Below, piece after piece: positions 45,801-55,659 of a stretch of 64,000 nt of DNA; position 1 is the stretch's first letter, and each line of letters opens with the position of its first letter. The DNA is from Vezdaea acicularis (taxonomy: Eukaryota). Where the stretch lies: positions 1 through 64,000 of the forward strand of contig JAPEUI010000001.1 of the NCBI GenBank assembly GCA_026025075.1, in the 5' to 3' direction. Made by a program: the position numbers and the translations under genes. The notes beneath the pieces were generated by a model. The model saw only the letters and a program-made list of their open reading frames with translations, had not been told where the DNA came from and ran no database searches.

Positions 45801-46224
45801 ACACATGCCACCTGCTACCAGTGGTTTATCGACGTCCCTTGGAAAGGAAAAGACAAACATAGAATATAGTCCCGCAGGCTCGAATGAAAACGACAGTCCC
45901 GTCTCTAGGTCCGATCTAGATTCTTTCCCTGATTCCCCGGTCATTGGTTCGTCTCATCAAACCGCCAATTGGGCTCCGTCGAACCCAGGCAGGGCTGTTA
46001 CAAGCAGTGTCTCTCCTCCTGCTTCTCCTGTTTCTCCCCTTCGAAGATCTGGTGCGTGGAAGAAGGGACATAGCCGACCGGGAAGTGGAGCGGACAGCAT
46101 CAGCTATATCAAGGAAGAGGACGAGTCTGGTGAAGAGAGATGGGTGATAGAAAAGCGAAGAATGAGTCAACAGGGAGAAATGGAAGTCGTAGGCAGAGAG
46201 ATGTTGGGAGCTGGAAGGATTTGA
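42835..46224 (+). CDS. Uncharacterised low-complexity fungal protein (~1130 aa)
   Basis: Long uninterrupted ORF with ordered-looking islands LRNPMSLLMRRR, PDDFDPAIRG.VVHDFSAPRP, SRFSFDM, IIAAANAEALAND.DGFYGQEFGFY, EPNLTPITERSE, RWVIEKRR. Confidence 0.85.
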   Translation: MFSILRGNHKRTPSTESASSMPHSTEGPLPPLEYTYQTTANTETPASPPVLPPIPRVASRYSRQAPEPIDLSRQEYSDAKHDRNGQDPPASPTSQGSSRSGIYSSFLASSRERLHIPDSSYSSRTTSSKDRHSKGSLQSTNPGFAVSQDGLLLPNQAASASSSSLTTPNGSLAIPVSPSTHDQPKSPVANAGTLPSISQPRSTKSRLHLRNPMSLLMRRRSPQAMTLLSEPGFNRKASVPTMPDDFDPAIRGSVVHDFSAPRPRRDFSYGSTTVATGDPKSPYRADFSQKAQSTPNERLGYVDSIQDKSSTFPGDGSIEKEYPPVLTDHSEDHPPLGDSHESPSQSFENLSGEFPSPTKKDAKPLPPFPQSLQTSTRETSVLPKTRSSGEPDPSTTIEINPVGKLDKQLEIEVPQCQDIPPSEYSYESSRLPRHMKSNASRFSFDMAGMGSSAQEKVLEEKHRQKAKARTSITSVATNDSKGLLSDEDEYDDDYNLDEFDDGGYEEKIPGVNVDDDEYEGRTIGINAKDDDYEQKIPGTNTDDDEPTIRPINTGFNFYMNADSPTVNSTSPSQDTTAIVSTPRDAAGQIIGFATTKESPTPQKYENGSFTTPLTPEYHPDDRKYVADLGLIGFSNATAYNDPSRAPLAGREIGAGGFVQTPPHVGSDDDDMYFDDGMIDQPPEEGDQKFDESWFDNGADDLAANPRRNDSKHTASYLGLPKIDQLAPTNSVKASDSPWLSMISDTTSSISQRDVVVTPQTKLDAYHNSLVAAANAAAASGKFSRRDDEEGSLDFEGSEAETLGAPADQGRAGINVQFLPVVGGDQAGIDDYGFEDELEDDPIIAAANAEALANDEDGFYGQEFGFYAQKNGESHESINGGYFGDPSSLLRSQSGRLTLHEPNLTPITERSEQSNRNSVASLSFHAFQSSPATHQSPALAQLQNMMNENGDEDISLSTLLKLRRGAFGGSNGSLRSSQSGGSHANGSPLSHMPPATSGLSTSLGKEKTNIEYSPAGSNENDSPVSRSDLDSFPDSPVIGSSHQTANWAPSNPGRAVTSSVSPPASPVSPLRRSGAWKKGHSRPGSGADSISYIKEEDESGEERWVIEKRRMSQQGEMEVVGREMLGAGRI

Positions 46225-48415
46225 TACACTGATTTTGCTATGTTGTTAGAGCGTTTGTATACGAGTATCAAGAACGGAGGGTAATGGTTCATTAATAAGA
46301 GGGGTGCGCATGAATATCATGGAGGTACGCGAAAGTCTCGGGTCCGGAAGGGTTGGCTACCTCTATTGCATAGCGTCGGCGTTTGGAAGTATAAACGAAT
46401 ACGGTCACAGGGGGTATCTGAGGTCTGCGTTTAGGGATATTCACCCTTTGAGCTCATCTATATAACAAACTCATTGCTTTTGAACTTTATATGTTGCGCT
46501 AACTTTGTTATTTCTTCCAATATTAAACATTCTTCACATGGCCTTATCGTCCGTAGCTCCAGCGCTAGCCATCACGGTATGGGAAATCGTGGACCTCGTT
46601 TTTCGGGCTATCCCAAGCTTCACATGTAGGAAACCGTTGTATCCTTCGGCTATGGTATCTCCAAAATCCTAGACCGCCTGATTTACTCAAATCTTTACAT
46701 AGCTGAACGGCAAAGTATAGGGTCATAAATTCGACTCTATAATGATTGAAGAGATACGCATCTCAAGGGTCTTTGCTACCAAAAATGATCCATGATATTT
46801 CAGATCCTTAGGATTAACGGTCCTAGAATCTTTGTTGGACCCCGACACGCCCGCTAAGATTGTATCCCCTTTGGACCTTGTCCCTGAATTTTGAGCCCTG
46901 GGACCCGGAAGTACTTCCAAGTCCTTACCAAACAACTTCTACGGTTCACCTGCAGGTAGACAGCCGATTAGGTGTCAACAAAAAATCGCAAACAGGTTCT
47001 CACCCCTGCCCCATTTCCCGGCAGGTAGGTACCAGTAGAAAAACGCGCAAACATAGTCGTCCTATTCAATAGTGTTACATCTCATATAGTCAGCATTTTC
47101 GCTTTTGAGTTTTCCTTCATCACAATCACTTTCCGCCACCTCTGCGCTGATTGATAGGTAGAATATAGCCCGTTGAGAAGCGTTTGCGTAAAGCTGTGAA
47201 GCTCCCGAGCAATGGAAAGCAATCTTCACACTCACCCCAGCGCCCAATATTTGCGTGCCTTGGAAGAGGACATGAGCTATCTTCGCTTCATACCCGTTAG
47301 TTTTGAGCTCAATGACTCAGGTCGTGACAGCCTCACTCTTTCGTGAACTGATAATGCGGCAACGCTCCCCTGTTTCCTACCCCTTAGTCCTCTCACCTAT
47401 ATCTTGAGCTCGCAGCAGCTGTACACTCATGGTCGAATCTTTCGACCAACATGTCCCTAATTAGGGCATTTTCTGCCATTCATCTCGTGCGGAACACCTT
47501 TCCTTTCTGCCTATTTCCGAACCCAATATTAGTTTTCATGTCCCTACCACCATCATCACCCCCTGCGATGCGGCGTCCTAATGCAGATCCTCCTAACCGC
47601 CAGGAATACGACATGGGTAATACAAATTTCCGAAGGCGCAGAATGCGCGGTAGGAACTCTCAAGAGCGCAGAATCGATAGGGGCTATGATCTTCGAGCCC
47701 GTCGGAGGGAGGGTCTCAGCCACGATTATATTGGAGACGCCATCCATGCTGATCAATACTTTTGCGCAGCTCATATGTACAACCTTCCAATCGCGTTGAG
47801 CTGTTCAACTTGGTTCCCCTCAAGAAATGATCCAGCGTGCATGGAATCATCACGTATGGCTTGCGAGCTACCGTCCGCAAATCAGACTGTCTTGGGCACT
47901 GATTGTACCAGTGTACGGTTCTGGGCGATGATACTTAGCTTCTGGGCGTTTGTATCCATCGTATTGTATCTTGGGGTTTAATGTACACGCACTTTGATCG
48001 TGAGAGTTAGTTATCCCAAAAATAATTTTGGAAATCAGATATCTTGCAATCTGTAGTCGTGGTGGCGTAATGCCCTTGTCCAGCCAGCAGGGGTGCCCTG
48101 GCTAGATCCCGAGACGGAGAAACTATATTCCAGGGCGGCAAGTGCGTTGACGTCAAGATCGAAAATATGGTCCCGGGTCTTCTGAGGACAAGGTGACGAA
48201 TTGATGACTCCTAGATTGTAATACTGCAGTGGCATTATACGCCATCTTTTCCATAAATTCTCCATAGAAAGCTCCCGACAGTTCATATTCTGCTTCTTCT
48301 TCACATGCACTACTACGCCCCTTTGAGACTACAATCAAAACTTCGATTCTCCACGTCAACTATTAAATCTAGAGTAACATTTGCCTCTCAGGTGAACAGA
48401 TCACAAGTCCGCAAG

Positions 48416-49156
48416 ATGTCTACAGGTAGTCCTGGTACATCCCATAAAAGGATTAATTTGCTCATCACTGCGCTAGGCATTCCAAACTCCACCACCATTC
48501 CCATCGAAAACAAGGACGTCCAGACGGCCCCTGGCGTCGAGCTAAGCTCCGAGCAGAAGCTCCTAGTAGGCAGTGTTTTTGATCTATTCGCTGGCTATCC
48601 AAGCCACGCCAAACTCTCTCTTTGGAAAGATGACGCCTCGTTCGAGGACCCTATCACCATCGCCAAGGGCCGAGATAAGTACAATGCGCAATGGTGGGGC
48701 CTTGCGGAGGTTTTCTCCAAAATTGATCCTTCGAACCGCGTCGTCACTTCCAGCGGTAACCCAATAACCATCGACATGACGACCACATATACACTCAAGG
48801 GCGTCAACAAGGACACCACTATCAAGAGCCTGGTGGAGATTTACACGGACCCAGCCGATGGCAAGATCACACGGGTGCTGGACAAGTGGGATGGAAATCT
48901 TCCAGATTCATCTTTCAAAAATGTGAGTCTTTTTAGTCCGAGAAGTTGGTTCCACTACGGAGAAGGTTGGGCTTTCTGGTGGTTCAGCTGGGTCTGGTGG
49001 ACAACGCCCTGGAAGGTGCGTTTTCCCGATATTGGGAAGACGGACTACAGCGGCACACCATTTTTGACTTCTTTTGCTGACTTATTCTGGTAGGCATTCC
49101 GGAAATTGAACGCTGTCTCAGTCCCAAAGATGGTGAGTGTACCAAAGACGGATTAG
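48416..49156 (+). CDS. NTF2/SnoaL-like protein, multi-exon
   Basis: KLLVGSVFDLFAG, WKDDASFEDPITIAKGRDKYNAQWWGL, GKITRVLDKWDG; last exon AFRKLNAVSVPKMVSVPKTD* after acceptor at 49093; probable in-frame intron 48426-48476. Confidence 0.8.
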
Positions 49157-49404
49157 GCGATGGGTTCTAGTATATGGGGTTGTGCAAATGTATTATTAGT
49201 CCAAGAAATGTAAATCTATGACATACACATCACCTGGAATCGTATGTGACTTTGGACAGAGGAATCACATACTGTGAGGATGTTTGAGTGTAGGAAAATT
49301 TCATGGGAAACCATGTACTTGCGTCCATCCATGGATGAAATTGGCCCAGTTTTTTGTGGATCTCTGTTGATAGGAGCTGTATATTGTCTCGGCTACAAAG
49401 TCGA

Positions 49405-52320
49405 TCAGAATAACGGCTTTTTCATTGGCCCTATAATTCCCTGCTTCCTTAAAATCCTTGGCTTAATTGCCTCTTGAAATGTTTCCTTCGTCGTCCATTC
49501 AGGTCCAACAGGGAGTCTCAATGATCTCTCGTACTGCTCTCGAGTCTCGAATGGGTGGGGTAAAGTAAGTGCCAAGTATTTGCCATTCTTCTTGACCCGT
49601 TTTTGATTTATCACCACACGGTCAAGTTTGGCATCCTTCCGCTCATTTTTCTTGATGCCAGGCTTTTTTGTGAGAAATCGGCCTTTGTTGCGTTGCTCTT
49701 CCCTTTTCGAGACGCCGACTCCCGTCCAACTGCCCCATCCAGGGAGTGCATTATCAATTATTTTGTCGTCCTCGTCTTCTATGGTCTCCATCTTTTCGCG
49801 TTCAAACTCAGCAACAACCTCATCACCAGCAAATGCTCTCTTGATCAAGTCCAGATCACGTATTGCAAACGGTCGATCTGTCTGCTCACTTGCCGACTCC
49901 TCGGCGCTGGAGCCCTGCACATCTTTCAAAACAACCGAAGGCGATACCTTCCTTTTTTTCGGTGTTACGTTCAACTTCTTCTGAGAGACACACGAAGCCT
50001 GCAGTACTGAACGAGGCTTAGCGCTGTCGTTTAAATGTATCGTACATCTGTCTAGACCGTCTGGCTCCGCTTTCTGCTCGATGTATCCTGTGTTCATAGC
50101 GCTCTTAAATCCCCTTCCCTTCTCCAAAGTACTCAAAACACGATTCGTAGATTTTTCAGGCTTGCCTGCACTGTTGGCTTGCCCGAAAAGGGGTTGGAGA
50201 TCCTCGTTTTCCGAAATTCTTTCTTCGAACTCCATCCTCTTTTCAGGGCCCTCAGCCTTCTGTTTCTCTACAAAAGACGATGGTGGTTTAAATGATCTTC
50301 GCCCTACGATATTTAGAGTTTCTTCTTCGCTATCAGATTCACCGCCCTCAATCTCTTGCCGTATTTGCTCTACCAGGTCGTCGTTCTCTTTTCTTCTCGC
50401 AGCATCGGCATTCTGCATGAACTTCATGGAGGCCAGCCTTGATCCAAGGCCATCCTGAGAATGCTCCGGCATCGCTCCTGAGTTGAGCTTCTTCAGCTTA
50501 TTGAGTAGCTTGACATTTCCCGTACCTTCAACACCCCCATCCTCGTCATCAGTGCTTGCACCTTCAGAGAAGCCATCTGATTCGCTGTCGTCAATGGACC
50601 TTACTGTTTTGCCTGCAATTCTTCTCCTCAATTCATCATCTCGTTGCCCCATCTCTGTCACCCCGATCCTAGCATCATTATCCCAAGCCGTTCGTTTCGT
50701 AAGCTTAACGGATTTTGCCCAGCGACTTTCTCGGTGTCTAGCGCCCATACGCTCTTCAGCTCTTCTTCGGTCAACCTGCTCTTGTTCGTCTTCAGAAAGC
50801 TCCAGGCCAGCAGCATTGAGCGCATTCCTAGTCTCTTGTTCTGCCCTCTCACGTTGCCTACGATGGACACGACGATATGCTTTGCTTTTGATCTTTTTGA
50901 TCCGTTTCGCGCGAATCTCTTCCCGGAAGAGAAGCTCACGGGCCGTTCGCAGACGAGCTCTTCTTTCTTGAGCATCCTCTAGGGGAAGCCTGTTTAGTTC
51001 TCTATCTTCAAGTTCCATCATTGTATCCTCGGCCGTTTTGCCATCGTTATTGGCCATGCCACTCTGCTCTAGAATGCTTCGGATTGATTTTTCCAGATCA
51101 GTCAGGGGGTAGGAGGTGGATATCAAGTTCAGCCGGGATGTATTCTTTGTGGCGTCTGCATCATGATCTTGGAGGGGAAATTTCAAGTGATCGGCCCGTC
51201 TGTTCTGCTTAACAGTATCGACCCATCGATCAAGAGTCTCTTTGGCCTTTCCATAAGCGGCTGCCCGGTCAAGGCGGTCTTGTTGTCGCTTGGCAAGGGG
51301 CACTTCAAGCTTTCCAGGTATTCCACTGCGACCTGAGGATCGCTTTGAGCCCTCACTCGAGGTAAGCAGCTTGAGTGACCCTTTTAAACGCGGATCCGTG
51401 ATAGTTGGGAGAAGATCTGAGATAGAAAGCTTCTGCTTTGAAGTGATTCCGAATTCGGACGGAGCTGAAGATTCAAGAGCATCTTCGATCCGGGGACGTT
51501 TCGATGAGCGGCTTTCCATCTCCGGATTCAAGGATGTGACGAGGTCCTGTAGAGCCGCAAACCTATTTTCATCTTGATCCCCTTCATCGTCATCTGTAAG
51601 TGACAGCACGGAGCCCTCTTGACCCTCACCTTCACTGTACTCAGGAGATTGACTCCTGTGGGAAGCATTGACTTGCACTTTTATCCCTTGCTCCTCCAAG
51701 CTCGCCTCATCGTCCGAAGCATCGAGCACAGCTGCAAGATCTATTGCATTTTCTCCAAGATCGTCTTCTTCGGATACGTCCTGATCATCCGTAAGCTCCC
51801 CATTGTTATGCTCGTTAAGGTCAACCGTCTCTTCTTCAGGTAAGAGGTCGCCTTGATGTAGGCGAGATTTCGAATCCTTGACTGTCTTTCGAGAGCGTGC
51901 AGAGCTTCCGCGAAACACAAATCCATCAAACCTCTCTTCATCGTTTTCGCCCATGGCTTCGTCACTATCAATATCGCTATCATTGTCACTGCCGACATGT
52001 CCAAGCTGCCAATGATTTCCGTCACTATCGCTACCTTCATCGATATCTAATTCATCAAATCGTCCCTTAATCGTGTTGCCATGTTTCGCCCGCTCGTGTG
52101 CCCCATCTTCATTATCATGCTCTTCACCGTGAGCTCGCCCCGACTTGGTGTCTTTAGTTTCGGCTTCCCCAAGGCGATTTGGCTTGATCTTAAGGCGCTC
52201 CGGGTTCTGCTTTGTGGCAATTGAAAAGGCATCAAGTGAGCGTTTGAGAGGCCTTTTCCTAGCTTTCGTAGGGTTGGGTTGCTTTCTTGCAGCGTTAGGC
52301 CCTCTGGAAATACGGGGCAT
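49405..52320 (-). CDS. UTP14: U3 snoRNP/SSU processome protein Utp14
   Basis: PLAKRQQDRLDRAAAY..WVDTVKQNRRA, RIKKIKSKAYRR, RAEERM..RH..SRW, LPGWGSWTG, LPHPFETREQYERSLRLPVGPEW. Confidence 0.95.
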   Translation of the reverse strand: MPRISRGPNAARKQPNPTKARKRPLKRSLDAFSIATKQNPERLKIKPNRLGEAETKDTKSGRAHGEEHDNEDGAHERAKHGNTIKGRFDELDIDEGSDSDGNHWQLGHVGSDNDSDIDSDEAMGENDEERFDGFVFRGSSARSRKTVKDSKSRLHQGDLLPEEETVDLNEHNNGELTDDQDVSEEDDLGENAIDLAAVLDASDDEASLEEQGIKVQVNASHRSQSPEYSEGEGQEGSVLSLTDDDEGDQDENRFAALQDLVTSLNPEMESRSSKRPRIEDALESSAPSEFGITSKQKLSISDLLPTITDPRLKGSLKLLTSSEGSKRSSGRSGIPGKLEVPLAKRQQDRLDRAAAYGKAKETLDRWVDTVKQNRRADHLKFPLQDHDADATKNTSRLNLISTSYPLTDLEKSIRSILEQSGMANNDGKTAEDTMMELEDRELNRLPLEDAQERRARLRTARELLFREEIRAKRIKKIKSKAYRRVHRRQRERAEQETRNALNAAGLELSEDEQEQVDRRRAEERMGARHRESRWAKSVKLTKRTAWDNDARIGVTEMGQRDDELRRRIAGKTVRSIDDSESDGFSEGASTDDEDGGVEGTGNVKLLNKLKKLNSGAMPEHSQDGLGSRLASMKFMQNADAARRKENDDLVEQIRQEIEGGESDSEEETLNIVGRRSFKPPSSFVEKQKAEGPEKRMEFEERISENEDLQPLFGQANSAGKPEKSTNRVLSTLEKGRGFKSAMNTGYIEQKAEPDGLDRCTIHLNDSAKPRSVLQASCVSQKKLNVTPKKRKVSPSVVLKDVQGSSAEESASEQTDRPFAIRDLDLIKRAFAGDEVVAEFEREKMETIEDEDDKIIDNALPGWGSWTGVGVSKREEQRNKGRFLTKKPGIKKNERKDAKLDRVVINQKRVKKNGKYLALTLPHPFETREQYERSLRLPVGPEWTTKETFQEAIKPRILRKQGIIGPMKKPLF

Positions 52321-52571
52321 TTCCCCTGTAAAAAAACTTCAGATTGTTATTTGCATTATAGAATTATCGTGGTGCTGCAGATGCAAATCTAATGAGACTT
52401 GTGCGGATTTTTCCGGTTATTTCTTGGGCAATTTTACGCACCTTCAAACTCGGCTAAAACTTACTTACTGAGCTCGAACGACAGACCTCTCCACTCGTTT
52501 CCGACTCTTCTTCCAAGACCTAAGTTTCTATCTTCGTCCAGCAACTTGGCCGAGTTTCGCCGTCATCAGAA

Positions 52572-52940
52572 ATGTTCAAACCGACACAACCGCTGTTTCG
52601 ACGATTACGACGGCTCGCCTTGACAACGAAGCAAGTCAATGGCGGGTATTACAAGGGGAATCGCACCGGATCTACGGGCCGGCATACGAAACGTGGTGGC
52701 TACATAATAGAATGGCACAAAGTTCGTACTTATTGTGCCCCTGAAGACCTTAGTAAATTCACTGTGAGTTGAGACAGCCGTAAGGACAGTGTTATGGAAC
52801 TAAGGGCAAGCAAATAGTTGACACCGTTTGTTACGAAAAGGGTCGTGGCCCTGCCCGGGAAATTTGGGGGAGATCAAAAAGGAGGATTCAGTGGCAATAG
52901 ATACTTAGATCAATGGAAAGCGGAGAACGGAGAAGATTGA
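52572..52940 (+). CDS. MRPL27: Mitochondrial ribosomal protein mL41; 2 exons (52572-52763, 52818-52940)
   Basis: LTTKQVNGGYYKGNRTGSTGRHTKRGGY..KVRTY..P, then LTPFV after intron GTGAGT..TAG; divergent from UTP14 across ~250 bp. Confidence 0.92.
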
Positions 52941-54010
52941 CGTGGTTTCGCCCAACTAACGGGAGGATCCAAAGCATGTGGCGGAATATTCTGTTTTAGC
53001 GCTAACCTGGAGTTATGCATGGACCGCGGAGTAGGACGAATGACCTGTGCTTGATATCTTGTGCCTCAGATGACTTTTGGATGGTGCTTCAAAAGGCTGT
53101 ATGATCATATGTACATTGCCAAGATATTGAACTCTACTCATGAATACTATTCGAATCGAGTTGAAGCACCAGGCCAGCATTTGAGGGATAAGCTTCCCTC
53201 GCGTTGTTTGAGGAGTGCCTTGTCATTGAACAAAAGACATCAATATTCAGCCATTGATACTCTGTGATGATATTTAGGGTTAGGCATCGAATCACTGGCC
53301 TCTTATGTAACCAATTATCATCATCCAGGAGTAAAAAGTGTGGTCACGCTGAGGGGCGGCATCGATATCGCGAGTTAGCGAAAAGTAGAATTTTAGCACC
53401 GATATCAATCGAAGGTATGTTACCAAGGAGAAAATCTTGTGAACTCTCGCTGAGGGTTGGAGCAATCAGCCAGGCAATGTTATATCGGCTCAGCCCATGT
53501 ATACTACTATTGCAGTTGTACTCCTATATCACTAAGTCAGCAATTCGACCGAATCGGTGCTGCGCTTGGTTGCATCCCCTTCACCGTTACAACTCATGAA
53601 ATGCTCTGTGTTCACCTTGCTTGCATGAAATTGGTATTTATGGTTTTCCGTAGTCTGCATCACTAGAGGCGTTGAATACTTCCCACAACCTGGATTTCAA
53701 GAATTCTCTCATGTCTCACAGAAATATCGGTGCGTCTAAACGCCGCATTATGTGTACATCAAAAGTCACATAACTTACAACAAATCTAAATATCAGCATT
53801 AATTATTCAGACACTGAGTCACATCAATTTCATACTTTCACCCGGCTCTCTTATTTCTCATTCCTCACGATAGTGTTGCACCCCATGAACCAGAGGCTTG
53901 GAGCTCGACGGACCCTCTAAGAGCTTCCGCCAAAACAAAGATATATTCAGATAATCATCTCCACAAAGTTCTATTCTATAATCCAGAATTTCAGGGACCT
54001 TTAAGATAAG

Positions 54011-55150
54011 ATGAATCTGCCTTCACTAAACTTCAGGGGACCTGGAACACCTGTGGATTATGATGCGCTTATGTCAACTGTGAATGGATCTTCTCTTTCA
54101 AGTTCCAGCAATTTCCCTTCTACGATCAACCCACTTCTGAACATAATTCCTCAGAGATATGTGCCGACACAAGACTGGGCTACTCGACCACCCTCGCCAC
54201 CTAGACTGATAGTCCCGCCGCCAGCATATGGATACGGAGCACACGGCTTGAGCGCACAAGATGGCCACGCCTTTACTGAGCAGTGTCTAAATTTGTCTAA
54301 ACTCGACTTCTTAGATGTAGTAACGCATCACAACTTTATTGAGTGTGGAAAACCCGGAGACTGGGAGTACGAATGGCGAAGGAATGCACAGAGAATACTT
54401 CCATTTCTCTATATTGGGCCCTGGGGAGCTTGTAAAGATCGCGATTTTCTCCGGCGAGAGGGAATCTCCATGCTACTGGCCGTTCGCGACACGCTCTCCG
54501 CAGAAGCAAGATTCATGGACGGTAGCAAGATTGCAAACGAATTAGGTCTTCGATACGAGTCCGTGGACGTAGCAGGGAATCAGGAGTTAATACATGCCTT
54601 TCCTGCTACAGTCAAGCTTATGAACGACCATCTGAAAGACGTCTACGACCAACGACGGCCAAAAACCTTGAAAGACCCTAACTCCAACCTTCCGGCCAAG
54701 GAGACCTTTGCTATCGGCAAGGTTCTTATATACTGCGAATCTGGCAATGAAAGATCTGCTAGCCTTGTGGCTGCGTACCTTATGGCGATGCTTGACATAG
54801 ATGTCCCACTTGCAATCCGAATAGTCCAAGGGTGTCGTTTCTGTGTCTGTTTCAGCGATGCCGCAAAATTTATGCTCCAGTCATATGAGAACATCTTGAA
54901 GGCGCGACGAGACGTTGAAGTGGCCCAACAGAACGAATCTTCGGTCAATGGCGGCAATCAAAACGAGGGTTCTTTATTGCCCGATGGTGAAGTCTCCCTC
55001 CCAGCCAGTGGCCGAAGGCAAGCATTTCGAGGTATAAAGAGAGGACTTGAGGTTGAGGACGAGAACGAAGGTGTAGGCGATATCGAAATGATTGACGATC
55101 AAGAGAGATTCACTGAAAGAGAAGGAAACGCTCCTTTTCGAGACAATTAG
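54011..55150 (+). CDS. Dual-specificity protein phosphatase (STYX-like fungal clade)
   Basis: WEYEWRRNAQRILPFLYIGP; CX5R loop KVLIYCESGNERSASLVAAYLM; VQGCRFC. Confidence 0.88.
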   Translation: MNLPSLNFRGPGTPVDYDALMSTVNGSSLSSSSNFPSTINPLLNIIPQRYVPTQDWATRPPSPPRLIVPPPAYGYGAHGLSAQDGHAFTEQCLNLSKLDFLDVVTHHNFIECGKPGDWEYEWRRNAQRILPFLYIGPWGACKDRDFLRREGISMLLAVRDTLSAEARFMDGSKIANELGLRYESVDVAGNQELIHAFPATVKLMNDHLKDVYDQRRPKTLKDPNSNLPAKETFAIGKVLIYCESGNERSASLVAAYLMAMLDIDVPLAIRIVQGCRFCVCFSDAAKFMLQSYENILKARRDVEVAQQNESSVNGGNQNEGSLLPDGEVSLPASGRRQAFRGIKRGLEVEDENEGVGDIEMIDDQERFTEREGNAPFRDN

Positions 55151-55659
55151 CGGCATGGTTTGACCCCTCGTATATGGCGCTCCTGGGTCGGCGAACGGCT
55201 TTGAAGGCTTTACATATTTGCGTAAAACGGGTGTTAATGCGGGCGATTGGAGGGGGGCTTTCACCGGCACCTCAAGCTACACGCACTGGGGTATGATTCA
55301 GTATAACGCTGTAAGCCTTTAATGGAAACGTCAAAAGCACTTCGGGGGCGATAGGGAATCTGTTTCTGCATGGGAGGAAAACTGGTTCATAAATCCGAAG
55401 AATCGTGTAGTCAGTAATCACGCTAGCTAGAAGCTGTTCCTGAATGGCTAAATCGAGATCTGGCCAATCATGTTTTCTCACTTCGCGTGACGCTTACATT
55501 ATTCGGACGCGACTTTTCAGTCGCGTCGCGCAGTCTATTCGCCGGACGGACCACTCCGGTTTGGTTCGCCACTGAAGGGTGCACATCACCTCTTGGCCTA
55601 TACTGGGGGCAACACTTGGGTTCAGCGCTCTATTCTCAAGATTTGTCTTGCTTGTAGCT

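Noticed and set aside
46700..48360. ORF 47451-47981 and nearby minus-strand fragments
   Set aside because: No motif and no convincing exon chain; a fast-evolving gene cannot be excluded.
54011..55150. Catalytically dead STYX pseudophosphatase
   Set aside because: The CX5R motif (CESGNER) keeps both Cys and Arg.
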